NCBI GenBank assembly: GCA_040954595.2
Contig: CM082584.2
Location: 12,306,875 to 12,370,874 of the forward strand
From: Balanoglossus misakiensis
Lineage: Eukaryota; Animalia; Hemichordata
Reading direction: 5' to 3'
DNA: 64,000 nucleotides
The position numbers and the translations under genes are program-made. Shown here piece by piece: positions 24,111-37,600 of this stretch; the stretch's first letter is position 1; each line of letters opens with the position of its first letter. The notes under the pieces were generated by a model. That model did not search any database, had not been told where the DNA came from, and was given only the letters and a program-made list of their open reading frames with translations.

Positions 24111-27100
24111 TGTATTATGACAAATACAGAGGGTCCCCCATTCATCAATTTGCCTACGTGCGATAGGACACCAGGCTCCAGCCTATGGGGTGACCGCCTC
24201 GCGATAATGTATGAATCACCGCGCCCAATCTGCTCGCTCTCTACCTGTGCACGGATCATTCATAATGAGCCGGGAAGCGGGTAGATGGAAACAATAAGAC
24301 AATCTCATCTCATATTTGGATGAAAATAGCGCCCTAATTGGCTATCAGTGACATCGATACATTATATATAGTTTACATTATTCAGCCGATCCCAGAGGAG
24401 AAGCGAACTCTTGATAATTATACTTCAGCCGGTTCGTTTTCTCCAGCGGCTTGTAAAATATTAGAAGAATCCTTCGGTTTCACAAGCGGGTCATTACCCA
24501 CCATCCCTCATGGCCCCCCTCCCCCTCGAAAACAATTTTTCTTGGCAGAAATTGACACGATAATTCGACAGGCTGAAAGGAAATTAGGACCTCTGTTTGC
24601 AAACACGGGGGCGATAATATTTGTCCTCTTGTAATACCGGTTCGAGTGACGACACAATTACAATGATGTCACTGACGTTGGAATGTCAAGTGACACTGAT
24701 AATTGTCACCGTAAAATATTACTTTATAATCTGCAACATCTCACCGTAGTCATGTAGGCCGGGAGAGTGCTAATCAGATAAAAATGACTTAGAAACCCAA
24801 AATGAACTGCAGTGTTGTGAAACATGATTATAAAAAAGAGAGGAAATTTTCCGTAATACAAAAATAAATAAGATAAAGTGTAGCCATTCTTACATTTGAA
24901 ATCTGGGACTGTGTTCTGACAATCGATGCAATTACGTTGAAATTCACAGATACTACACATCTGTCCCATATACCTGAAGCGTGTCAACACAAAAAATCTA
25001 AATATCAGTATTACTCACACAACCTTATTGCCGCTAGCACCCTACCATAACATCACTACGAGAACACGATTTGTATATCGTTTGCCTTTGTGTGTCAATA
25101 TGCCTGTGTGCGATTGGTTTGCGAGGGCACGTGGGGTGGCGAAGAATCCTGTTGGTCAATAGTGTGTCACCCTGGAGCCGAATCGAAATCACCCCCTCTT
25201 GGTTGAATTGTTCATTCGCGCGTGAGAAAGTGAGATTTCGTGAATATCACGTATGTGTGAAGGTACTTGGTAGATATTCGCACTGTACTATCTAGGCCAA
25301 TTCTAGTTGGCAACAGAACTTTTGTCAAAAGGCATATTCGATAACGTGTAATTGACGAAAATGGATCTTTTAGCAGATGCTTCTTATTTTATTTTCTTAT
25401 GCCACATCGACCATCATTCGAACTTGTAAATGACTACATAAGGTTGAATGACAGTATTTGTTTCGCTTGCCTACTGGACATGCGTCGTTTCCAAGAATTC
25501 TACGATTTAAGCGAATATGTCAAAATATTCCAACCACAGCATGCATGTTTTCAGTGTAGTGTGCTCATCACGTAGACTACCGCCGGCGGCCAGGTAGGAA
25601 TCCACGGAGAGGAGGTGCCAGTGTGAAATTTGACTAATTAAACGACAACAACAATGACGAGGCCCCGGTCACGCATCTATTTCACAAAAATATCGATTGA
25701 ACTTGGACATAAATATGTGGCAGTTGCCGGGCAACGGTACGAAGCACAGATTTGCTCTCATTTTCTCCTCTGCTAGGGCAAATCCAAACTACAAGAGCTG
25801 CAATTTGCCGATTCATACCCTGCAGGAAAAAAACGATAACGCACACTCCGCTACACGTGCGCTACCACCGTATAATCCCTAGATGCCTGTAATTAGAGTG
25901 TAGCGTTCCCCCAACAGCTATGAATGAGCATAGAATAGCACATAATATAAAAAACTGCATTAGGTGTTGTAACCATATTTTCCTGGAACATGACGTCACA
26001 CATCTTAGTATTTTCAACATTATTGTTTGATGGGTCATTACATTATAGATATTCATATGCCAGTGTCAATGCTGTGTCACGTCTACGTTCAGTGCTCTCA
26101 CTGCAGCTCCCAGTTGACATTTCCTGATGAAATTGATAAATTTTCATCGTCGCAAGTTTGAATACTGCTTCTCTGTGTGGTTTTTATTCTCCACTCTCCT
26201 TAAAAACTGCCAGACAGACAGGCAGTAGTGCTTTCAAAGCCTGTGTTTTGGCGTGACGTTTCTGGGTCCACGCTTCGCTTCGCGTCGACCACATTCGTCT
26301 AAAACTGCCGGTGTCTTCTCGACGATCCCCCATCATCTGAGTTCCCGGCGTCTGAGAAAAACATTCAGCGGACACGAGTGGTTCGCACGTTCCGTCAACA
26401 ATGCTCTGTCGATCGGAACAAACGCCACACAAGAGCTTCGCCTCTTGTTTGACGCAATCAAAGCTGGCATTTGAGAAGCGAGGTCTGTGAAAAACTACTA
26501 TCGGATTTATGGAATTTTATCACTGCCTGGATACAACTTCCGGAAAACCTAGAGAAATTTGATCCACTGAATACCCCATTCTCGTTTGAAAGTACTTCCC
26601 GACGGAGCTTTATGCCATCTGAACACAGCAGTGGGATATCAAGATGTGCATCACTTTGTATTGTCAAAAACACGTCTTACGTCTTACACACAGTTCACCA
26701 TTCTTGGTCGAATTTTTAGTCAGGGGGGGGGGGGAACCCCGGATGTTATGATGCGCCCCCAAACAACGGTAAATTAATAGCGCGAAAAACTTGCATCTTC
26801 ATTAGGATATACCATGATAATGTATTAATATGAGCGTGAAAGTCAGTAACACATGCACAGCAATGAAAGAGCAAACAAAAAGCTTTCATTTGTCTTTCTG
26901 TTGTCAACCAAACATATCTCTAGAGCCGCGCATGAATCCAATCATGTTGTACCATTGAAGATCATTTTATACAAATTCAAGATTTGCTAGCGATAATATT
27001 GTAATTTTTATGCCTTTTCATATTTGTGATTTATTTTTATCATTTAAATATCAAACATACATACGTAGTACAATTTGCATGATCGAGGAAGTTTCCTTGG

Positions 27101-27692
27101 CTAATTCATTTGAATCGACGACGTGCTTGTTCTTGTATAGTCCAGATTATCGACTAACTCAAATGAATTGGAGCATAACTGCCCTTATTCAACTTGCGCA
27201 GAAAAAGACAATCCCTGAATCTTTATATTTCCGCACAACCATTTTTGTTTAATTGAGCAAAATGACGTATGGTAAAATGTGACTTTCCAGTATTTTGAAG
27301 CAGCGGGCAAAAAGGTATATACGGAATTCCAATGACGAAACTCGCTACAGCTTATGGCCAACTGTTCCTCCATGTACTTGGCATATGCTGCCGATGAATG
27401 AGTAATGTGAAAATCATCGACGGGGGACGGTATTCGCCTCTTCAAAGTACGAGCAAAGTGCACAAACCTGTCACTTTAGACTTCGCAACACCTATATGCG
27501 ATCGTTAAAATAAATTGATTTTCCCCTTCGATAAGCCGCCGAGGCAACAGGGCCGATATGATGTCAACTGGCAGCGTTGGCTTCCGCCCGTGTATTAGAT
27601 GACGAGTTCCCTGACCCAGAACAACATCGGTTCCCGCAAAGAGGGAAAAATGAAATAAATATCACGATTGGAAGTTATTGTGCGATTGTTAA

Positions 27693-27875
27693 AGGTATAT
27701 GGTCACCTCCAATTTACATACACATATACAAATTTGTATGACTGAAATGGCGTATTTGCGTGTTCATATGGTGGCGCTCTTTTTCGCGTGTGCCACCCAC
27801 CGAAAATCTGTGATTGGCTAGATCTCAATTTACCATGAGAACTGTAGATAAATTTGCATAGGTGACTGTATACCT
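27693..27875 (-). mobile_element. Second, inverted, diverged copy of the same MITE
   Basis: TTAA AGGTATATGGTCACC ... GGTGACTGTATACCT. Internal blocks are reverse complements of copy 1 (ctgaaatggcgtatttg, gaaaatctgtgattgg, tagatctca, aaatttgcataggtgac). Right TSD degraded. Confidence 0.8.
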
Positions 27876-30800
27876 GTTATTTCTGATTACTCCTCTCTGT
27901 GCGTTGACATGTCGTGTTAACACCCCCAGGATTTAAAATGACAGCGTCAAGATAGGGTGCGCTGCTAGAGTTTCCGAGTTTTTGTATTAACAATCGCTAT
28001 TAATGAGCTAATGAAAAGAGATTTAATGTCACTTTTGCCCAAAATTCAGCCTCTTGGCAACTTTCCCCATTCCACTCCTAGTCAACTTCATGCCTCACAT
28101 GAGTTTCATAAACTTGAACAATGATATGCCGGTGCAACTGTGTTTTTACACCGTTGGATTCTGGGTAGGAGATAGTGGCGCTGTCACATGTAGGCATGTG
28201 GCAATACTAGAAATGTTCAGGTCTGTTCCGCACGACAATTTCTGAGCAGGCGAGAGTGTTTGGGGTTTCAGTAAAAGGTCAATTAAATAGCCTATTTTGT
28301 TACGTTATGACAGTAATTTCGGCTGGAATTCACGCTGTATTATCTTGCGTCAAGTCTCGCAATCAAACCCTCTCTCCATTGATCAGATACACAAACAAGG
28401 TTTGTCTGCTGGCCAATTCGATTACGTTTTCATTGCACGCTTATTATCGTAAGTTCGATAGCGCCCACGTGTGCGAAATTCAAATGAGTAGCGACGCGCA
28501 AAATGAACCTGTTAAGATGTGACCTGGCGGAGTCGTGCAGGGAGCGCTCGCCATAATCACTCCAATTTGTATGCAAAGATATTGACAATGAATAATATCT
28601 CTCTGCCGAGTTTGTTTCACCCAGACCTCAGCCACTTGTGCTGTACATTTCTTTGCATAAGTTGTGCTTTCATAAACCCCGTCTATTACACTCCAATAAT
28701 TGTGCAGCGCAAATACCGGTGAAAAACAAAGCGTGTGCATGGGCAGCATGGCGGCGCATAGTTGCCGTCACCTTATTAGTTCAGCCCTTGTGAACTCGCC
28801 CTCTCATCTATAGAGACCTCGTTTCAACAAGGAAATGAAAAGCGACAGTTTTGTAAAGAACAAAAACGAAGGCTTAGTCACAATCGGCGAGAAGGAAATT
28901 CTGGAACACCAGAAGACTTAACGCGGATTTCTCAGCCTTCCGCCCAGCACGAGCTTCATTTACGATGGCGACATTTTCATCTCTTTACGAGATTATTTTC
29001 GCCAGAAGTCGTCTGGCTTGCCTGTGACCTGATCGCCAAGGGGTGAAATCATAGCAGTCAGATGCCATCCATCACATCCGGTGCAAGGCGGATAGAAGAG
29101 CGGCAGTGGCGACCACCGCCCAGGCTGCACTCGGCACGGAACAAGTCACCTCCTCCGCGTGTGGCGAGGAAGAAGGCACAGCACGAAATCCCTCACCGTT
29201 GTCATGGTCACTAGCTATTCTCACTTAATACACTGGCTATCAGAGAGGGTCGTTCCCGGTCATTAGAGTCATGGAAGGTGCTTATTAAATCCTATTTATG
29301 ACTCGTTTTAATGCCATTACTCGGCGCAATACAAGAACATATTGCACAGGCACGGCGAATAAATGAGTATTTTCACCAAATGAGTTTTTTGGTCGCGCAA
29401 ATACCGAATACAAATTTAACTGCATTCCTCCAACCTGGGAATAAAATGAAGTATCAAGCGCTTGGTCACTTGAGCACATTTAAGGCAGAAAGGGGCTTTA
29501 AATACAGGATTGTTATCATAAAATAACAACGATCGAAACCTAACCCTATACTGTCTAAATAAAAGTGGTCTGGCAAGAAGCCTATTCAGAGCACACGTTT
29601 ACTCAAACTGCAAACTCAAGTTAGATCGTTAGACTGATAAAATGTGACTGTTTTACTTTGTCTAGGTTAATTCGTTCTTCGGATAGTGATTGGCTCATTT
29701 CACCGTACGACCCGCTCATTAGCAGTGCCATGCAATGCACTGCAACTTAACTTTAACAATTGTTCTGAAAAAGTTGAAGACTGACTTTTGAGGCACATAC
29801 TACTTTTAAATATTATAAGTACCAGTACATTTCTAAAAAGCATAGAACTCAGAATATTCATCCCCTCAAGTAATCGTTCCATCTGAATAAGCCTTGTGTA
29901 ATTTGGTTATTGATTGATTGAATTAGGTTTAAAATATTCAAGACTTATACAGACGCTTTAATTCCCTGTAACTGTCGTTAGTATTACAGGTTAATTTGTG
30001 TTTATTCAGTATAATTAAACTGTACCGGAAGGATAATAGTGCCAATATCAAGAAACTGTAGTAGGTATAGTACTTGAAATAATTTGTTTTCAGGCTCCAC
30101 TTGCCGGATCTCCTCGTGTTTAGTACTATTGTCGTTCAGAACAGAATGTGAAAATTATGACATAAATAGTACGGTTGCGACATCGCGTATACATTAGCTT
30201 GTTTATGACGAGTAGCGGTCCATATTATAGTTACTATTAAAAATTAACGACTCGCGTCGAGAGTCTTTGAAAAGGGTCCGTTTGATCGGGGTTTGTGATT
30301 TTTTTTTCTTCTGTTGGCAAGGGATTGACAAGGTAGGCCTATTCATCAAAAGTATGGAGACAGTACGACACGCAGTATAGTGAATGGCACACGCAGGACA
30401 GACAGTAGGAAAACGAGAACACATCACATTTTCTTCTTAAGTGGACAGGCTGATGAAAATTCGGGATGTAAAATGGGCTTACTAGGCGTGAAATTTCCAT
30501 TTGAAGGCCTAGGATTATAGACCAGGGCCATAAAATCACAGCTCGCTGCAGTTTATTCTGACAACACCTCCGTTCCCAGTTCGGTGCTATTCCCGCCGAG
30601 CCGGCAAACTGTGTTTTGGTGGGGGTTGAACTCTAGGCATGTCCTACCGACCCTAGTCGTCGATTTTAATAGTGTTCATTTATTACTTGAGTGATTTATA
30701 CCATCACGCTTCTCGGAATATCAACAGAAGGCTATAAATATAGCTTTAGAATTGCCTTCAGAGTAGGCACAGCGATCACTGGTGACGCCAGATCACCACG

Positions 30801-31647
30801 GTGTAATCTATGGGTGGTTCCCACTTGGCAATTTGCCTGCACACATCCAAAGCAGCCAATTGCACAGGGATGTCCATCTAGCTATTAGGGATTTTCCATT
30901 GTCATAGAAACCGTGGGAAATACCAGCTACTCATTATTTCCTGCCGGTATATCATACATCGGGAATTGTTGGCCAAATATTAGATTCTTTGTGCGTATAA
31001 TGGGAGAGATTTCTGACTAGTTGCACCGACCTCTCATGGCGACAGCTTTGTGTTTAGATCAATTTGTTAATCGCTCCGAACGATATCACACCAAGCAAGA
31101 TTATAAAAAGAATAAACGAGATGTAACTTGTGGTTGAAATAATCATAAAACTTGAAACAAATCGATTGTGTATTCTCCTGCTTGAGCTTTAATATTTCTG
31201 TTCTCGTATTTCACCGAATTTTTTTTCAATTCATTATCGATATATCTGAACATATTCCAGCTAGTGTTTCATTTCTACCACGACGCGTGTTGAGAGTTCA
31301 AAGTACCATTATTGCAAATCGGTGCCTCATTTTGTCTTCTATCATAATTTTTCCGCACATTACCGTACTATGATTTGTTACCGAACCCGGCAGTACTGTA
31401 GTGCTGATGGTTGTGCATATTACCAAATGCCACTTGAAGAACCAGCCCCTCAACTTTTTTTTCTGGGAAGACACATTCTCTTGTGTCAAATTCCCAGAAT
31501 TCACCATTGTGCGATATGAATTTTTCACAGATGAACTAGAATCGATACCTCACTTGAAATCGTTATGGCCACCGTACTGCAGCCCCTCAACGTCAATTTG
31601 AGTCGAGTCGAACAAAATTCAGGGCACTGCAAACTTCGCACAGTTTC

Positions 31648-31661
31648 GTTGCCATGGAAAC
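31648..31661. promoter_or_regulatory. RFX X-box motif
   Basis: GTTGCCATGGAAAC matches the RFX consensus. Confidence 0.5.
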
Positions 31662-34600
31662 TTAACTTATACGCACAGCCGAGTCGCTTAACGTAGTTCC
31701 AGCGTCGTACAACTGTATGAGCTTTAGTGCTCTGAGAAGCCGCGGCTCCGGAATAAGCATGTTTATTACGACACGCGTAGTAATCTCCGGTAAAGAGAAT
31801 ATAACGCGTAACCGGGTATAATTTAGGTCCCCAGATCTAAACCCCGACGTTAATGCCTTGATAAATCGTGATATATGATGTCAAAATAACCACGGGTCGA
31901 TAAATCAGTTGCCTTTGTAAACACATGTGAGCAGATAGCCTCACCAAATGGAAACATGCACAATAAGCCATGCATTCAAATATTACTGTTTATCATGTGA
32001 CTTTTGACAGCCATGCGGCGACAATAGTTGATTCATTCTAGTTTCTCTCGATATCCGACTCCAAATCAAGATGGCACTGAAGACATCAATGATAAAATGA
32101 TAGACTGTGGAGAGAGAAATATGAACAGGCCAACGTGATAAAACCCGGAAGATGTAAATGTTATCACTACTTGCAATATCCATAGATAGTTAATGATTTG
32201 AGAAGTTCTACTTATAGAACACACTTTAGACCAGATGTCAACGGAATATACTCTCATGGTTAGAATGCTGTGCATTCATCTTAATTTGTGATATGAACCT
32301 CCGTACACTGACTGTACATTCTGGTCCATCCTCCCCGCCACCATCCATCGTGGAACCAAATGTATTTTAAATACATGTTGACAAACCCTGGTCATCACTG
32401 AGTTCAATGTCATAATTCAATTCGTGTATTTTCTGGATTTTGGAAGAATAACTTCCTGCAAATATCTGCGCAAATGAGATGATACAGGAGAGTCAAGAGC
32501 TTGGTGGCAGGCGCTTCCTGTATTGCTATAATCAGGAAAGTCTTGTTGAAGTCGACGTGTATATTGGAATTCCCACAGTAACGAGGCAAGGATGGTGTCA
32601 GATTACATTACGTTGGACGCTGCCACTCTAGGGAAGCTTATCATGTCGCCTGTCGCCTGTTGCCTCGAGCGTCTCAGTCCAGCGTAATTCAATCGTGTCT
32701 AACTTATTTTCAACATGCTAAATGCGTTGTCTCCACCCTACGTGTCGATGTTCCATGAATACTTTACTCGCCGAGAGAATTATCGTTGATTTCACCATAT
32801 ACGCGTAGTTTGTGAATTTATTTCATCAGGGATCGCTACTTGACAAATCTTGTACCTGTGATAAAAAAATGGACCTACCTTGAAAATGTTATCGAAAAAT
32901 ATAAATAGGCTTTTGGAGGCCCGCATTGACAATATTTTAAAGTACACGCGGGAGCGCTGTACTTGTAGATCAATACTGCATTTAGCTAACTATTCAACAA
33001 TCTTTTTGTAGAATGAACGCGTTTGATCGAAGTGGTCCCTAAATTTAGATTTTCCACCCAAATTAGAACGGGAAAATCGACATTTCGTGTCAGCCGTGAA
33101 AGGTATACAAGCAATCAGGTTCAGCTCGTAGTGCATGTATCTGACGTGTGAAAATAGAATTATGTTCGTTTCGAGGATCGCGCGCGGGCCCGCATCTTAA
33201 TCAGCTGTAATCCCTTGCCATTGTGTGTGTTTGCTTCATTTCAACATGTTTCTTGCAAAACCAAAATTGGTTGGCTACAATTGCACGTTTCGGCTGATTT
33301 TTGAAGTGGCAGCTCAACATCTCTCGTTACTGACAGACAGTCGGGTATGCACGCCACTTTACAGGTCACTGTGCACGGCAGCATACGCACAAAGTTGACC
33401 TGTCAAACCGTTCACCTATTCAAGAGTCATTAGAGAATGAACCAGTTAGCATTGGAAACACAGGGTCATATTTGCGGTAATCATTATCAATTGTTTTTTG
33501 AAAGATAGCAAAAACATAATGAATCTGAAAATTGTTTTAACAAGTCAACCAAAAGCCCATGCTGACTGGAAGTGTTGATATGAGAAACCATAAAAATAGA
33601 AACGCAAACAAAAGTAATATATTTATTATAAATAATTAAAACTTTAAATTAAAAGATTGTGTATTAAATAATTCAAATTCCCTTGTGCTGTAATGGCTGG
33701 ATATCTTCGTGCCCTGGGTTTAGTCAAAGTACAGTACGATGAAATACCTCAGTTCATTTGATCTTTAAAAAATCAATCACTTTTCTTGGCAAGCCATGTT
33801 TGCATATTGGGAGAGCTGAAATGATGTTACCAATTGGAGGAACTGTATTAGGCGATTGTTGGCAATTGTTGAAACGGTTCTATTCAAGTCACGATAGTAG
33901 GGATAATGTCGTATCAGACACGAGCTGCAATGACCCAGCGTATTCAAGGATGACTGGCAATAGCCCTATCGACTTTCTGTCATGCCTCAATGCGATTTGT
34001 TGCCGACTTACCTGATTAGGATCTATCGTTTGTGCCACCTTTTCCCTCTGTAATAACAACTGGATTGTCGGTAGCACCCAGCTTGCTTCCATCGCCATGC
34101 TGATTTATTGCGTCATTTTAAAACCCTTTTCGCAGTGACAGGCGCCTCTGCACAGCTCGAACTGAAATATAGGGGTGGGGGAGGGGAGATATTTTGCTTC
34201 GAAGCAAAACGTTAAGTTCTTTGGACTCTCGCCGAGACGTCGACATCGCTGAGAAAGATTTATAGCTGTGACCTACGTCAAAAGCAAAATCTGACATTAT
34301 CAAGAAAGTTCCATGCCGATCCCCATTTAGGTCGAATAGACTCAGACGCCGAAATGTTTGACATTTAAGAGAATTATCGACGCCTTTCTCAGGTAATTAG
34401 AAAACGCGTCCTAATGGATATTGAAGTATAAAACATGTCGATATCTACAATGCAGATGTTTTACACTAGAGCTTCTTTACCATTGATCATTATACTGCAG
34501 ACATCTTTCAAAAAAGGTTCGCCATGATATCTCCAGTCAACTTTTAAAAATCAGTTACATCATTGTCCATGCGTTGATGGTTATTTCTCACTCTGGTCGA

Positions 34601-37600
34601 AACAGCATGGTCCAAGCGTTAACACAAAACATCCCGCCATTTCCCGTTTTGTCGTTAGAGTTCCTGCGCACACGTAAACTCTGTCTACTTCTTCTGACTC
34701 ACCCACTTAGGCTCAATTAAAGACGTCGATGTGCTCTTCATCTTATTTCAATGGTCAATGTTGCACTCAAGTCCTCGCTTAAATGCACACGATTCCAGCT
34801 GTGAAAATCCCCTCAACACGATAAAACGCAATATTGAGCCAATTCATGTTTTAATCGATATAATATGCCAATAGCTTCCTCTTAGGATGATAAAAATCCT
34901 CTCCAAGTGAACAGTAGCTGTTCATAAACCTAAAATGCGCTGGAAATATCAAAGTTGATTCAACAAATATTTGAAGACATTTATATCAACTTGAGTAGAG
35001 ATGATGGAACTGAACTTTCAACTATTCGACTATTTTATAGTTTAGGTGAAGCAAAACAGGTAAAGAAACAAAACATCAGCAAAACAAGATGAAGCATATT
35101 CTGTAATAATAAGAAAATTCAGGATGGTTATAAAGAATAAAACAAACGAAATGGTATAAAAAGGCAACGCTTTCTCTAGTGTGGTTAAAATTGAATTACA
35201 GACTACGTACACGTTAGTACACACTTCGTTATAATGTGACGTATGGTTTTCAGGTACATTATTATGCAGGCATCTCAAAATTTATAAAAACGACCCTCTT
35301 CATCAATGTCTGAGATGTCTGACAGAACATATTGGCACAACTTTCAGAACCAGATGAAATAAGCGCATATTCGTTTTCATCTGTTTACCATTGGATTTGA
35401 CAGGTAATATGCAAATTATTGTCGATTCAATTATGCAGAGTTTGGTTAAATTGATGGCGTTCGTATATCATAGAATGATGAGTGCACTATTACCGGGGTC
35501 ATTTCTTATCGTCGAGAGACATTAGGGCGACTTCATCAAAATTAATGGGAGGGGGCGATGTCACATCTTTTTCTATTCTCCGTCGAGATTCTCGAGGGTG
35601 TCCCCGTTGACCTGTCCTGGGGGAGAGACAGTACACACGACGGTGTGACTTGAACAGAATACGTCTACAGCATACTTTGACAGTGAAGGATGTTGTGGTT
35701 AATTCGTAATATGGCTCGTCTTGGTAGCATACCATCACTTTTACGAATTCTTAGGCTTCATTTACCTATTTTAACCTGATATTACGGCAGTCTACAAAAT
35801 TTGTTAAAAGGTTGCGCACAAGATGTTGGCAGAACTGTTCTAGCACGCGTCATTTATCCAATCCGCAGCATGCATTCACAATTATCCGAGTCGAGAGCCA
35901 TGATTTCTGTCCTTGTCAGTTGAGAGAGAAAAAGTTATTTCTTACTAGTCCGTCACCGATTTACATACTTATTGGACTTTGGCTCATAGAGACCCCAAGA
36001 GGAACATTCATCTCTTTACCACGCTTCCGGGAAAGCAGCGATCGTACCGGAGGTTCTCGTTGATGAACTGATTAGCCTGGTTCTCTTTATAGCTGGACAA
36101 TACATGATTTTTGTCATGACGTTGAAGCAGGTCTGATATATTTGATGAACGAGGGGAAGGGTGAACAATACTGGACTTGAACTCTCCACACACCTAGGCA
36201 TACCTGTCAAAACTTTCACATGGATTCTGCATCTATATGGTTATTATGATGGTGAGTCATCAAACGCTGAGCAAACAGCATCGAACATTTCTCACATCCA
36301 GTGCAGATCTTCCCTCATCCCGAAAATTTACGAGAAATCTGTGACCCCTGCTCCAATAAAAACATCTGTATTTATCGATTCTTTTAACAGGTGCACTGGC
36401 AAGTGCTCTCGACCGAGTAGTGATGCTTGGCGGGAACTACTTAAATCTCTCTCCGATGGCAATTAAGTCGATTTTACATAGAGGTATCGTGGAAAATTGA
36501 AGGATTTAGAGGATGCATTAAAACCTCCATTTGTCATCGTTAAGCTGATCCAAGCAATGCCTTTTTTACTCGTCAAATGTCCTTCAAGCAGATGCAAGTG
36601 GACCCCATTAAAATTTTGAGGATTAGGAACTGTATTTCGATCACAACTCCATTCTATCTATTGGCTGTCCTCCCACTAGTTGTAGATCATTGTTCTTAGA
36701 GGCATTTCCAGTCGGTATAGGTGAAGGGACGACGGCTGTTCTTTAAAATATTTAACCAATATCGCGGATCGTGATTGTGACTTAATTTGAATCTGACAGA
36801 CGTGTAAGTCTTTATGTCGAAACTTGTTACTTCTAATGTTTTTACTGATCAGGGGATTCCAATGAAAACGATTTTTTCCCAACGCCTTAATTAATTGTAA
36901 GTCATGTGGCCCATTGTAATACATCTTCAAGCTTTCCTTGGGAATGACATAATCTAAACTTAAACATCATTGGAATCTTTTCTTACTTTTCCGGAACCTT
37001 GTTTCAGAATTGAATGTACATCGCCGATTTAACGGGAACAGCAATTTTCTTCGCTTAGAGGTTTTTTCCATTCTTTATCATTCAATTACCGTCTTATATT
37101 AATCGGTTTTGGAATTGCAAGCTCTGGCTCTGGAATTTTAGAAAATACGATGCCCTCGGAGAAATAAGGTAACCAATAACTATAAACACTGACCACGGGT
37201 TCTACACAGCGGTATAGAGAATGTGAAACGTTTACCTCGTGGCTAGTAAAGTATACACTGGAATTAGCCAAGTTATTGAGACCACGTCATAGGAAGCCCA
37301 GCGTTCCTACATGTCTGAGATAAAGGTCCACGCAGTCGGGAACTCTGGGAGTTATTTCATACGCGATGTGGCGTTGACCGAATCCTAATACAATCAATCT
37401 AAGAAAGTTTGTAAAGGGATAATGAATTTCATATGTCAACAAAGGGCATTGATTGCCTGCGATGTTGCGAGCGATTTTTCCTCGGAGGCAGGGGCATTAA
37501 CGAGCGCCCGGCTGATCAGCGGCGCTCCCGATGGACCATCTCCGAACCCGGCCTGCAGCTATCGGGCATGATGGATGCACCATTCCGATGGAGTCGACTG

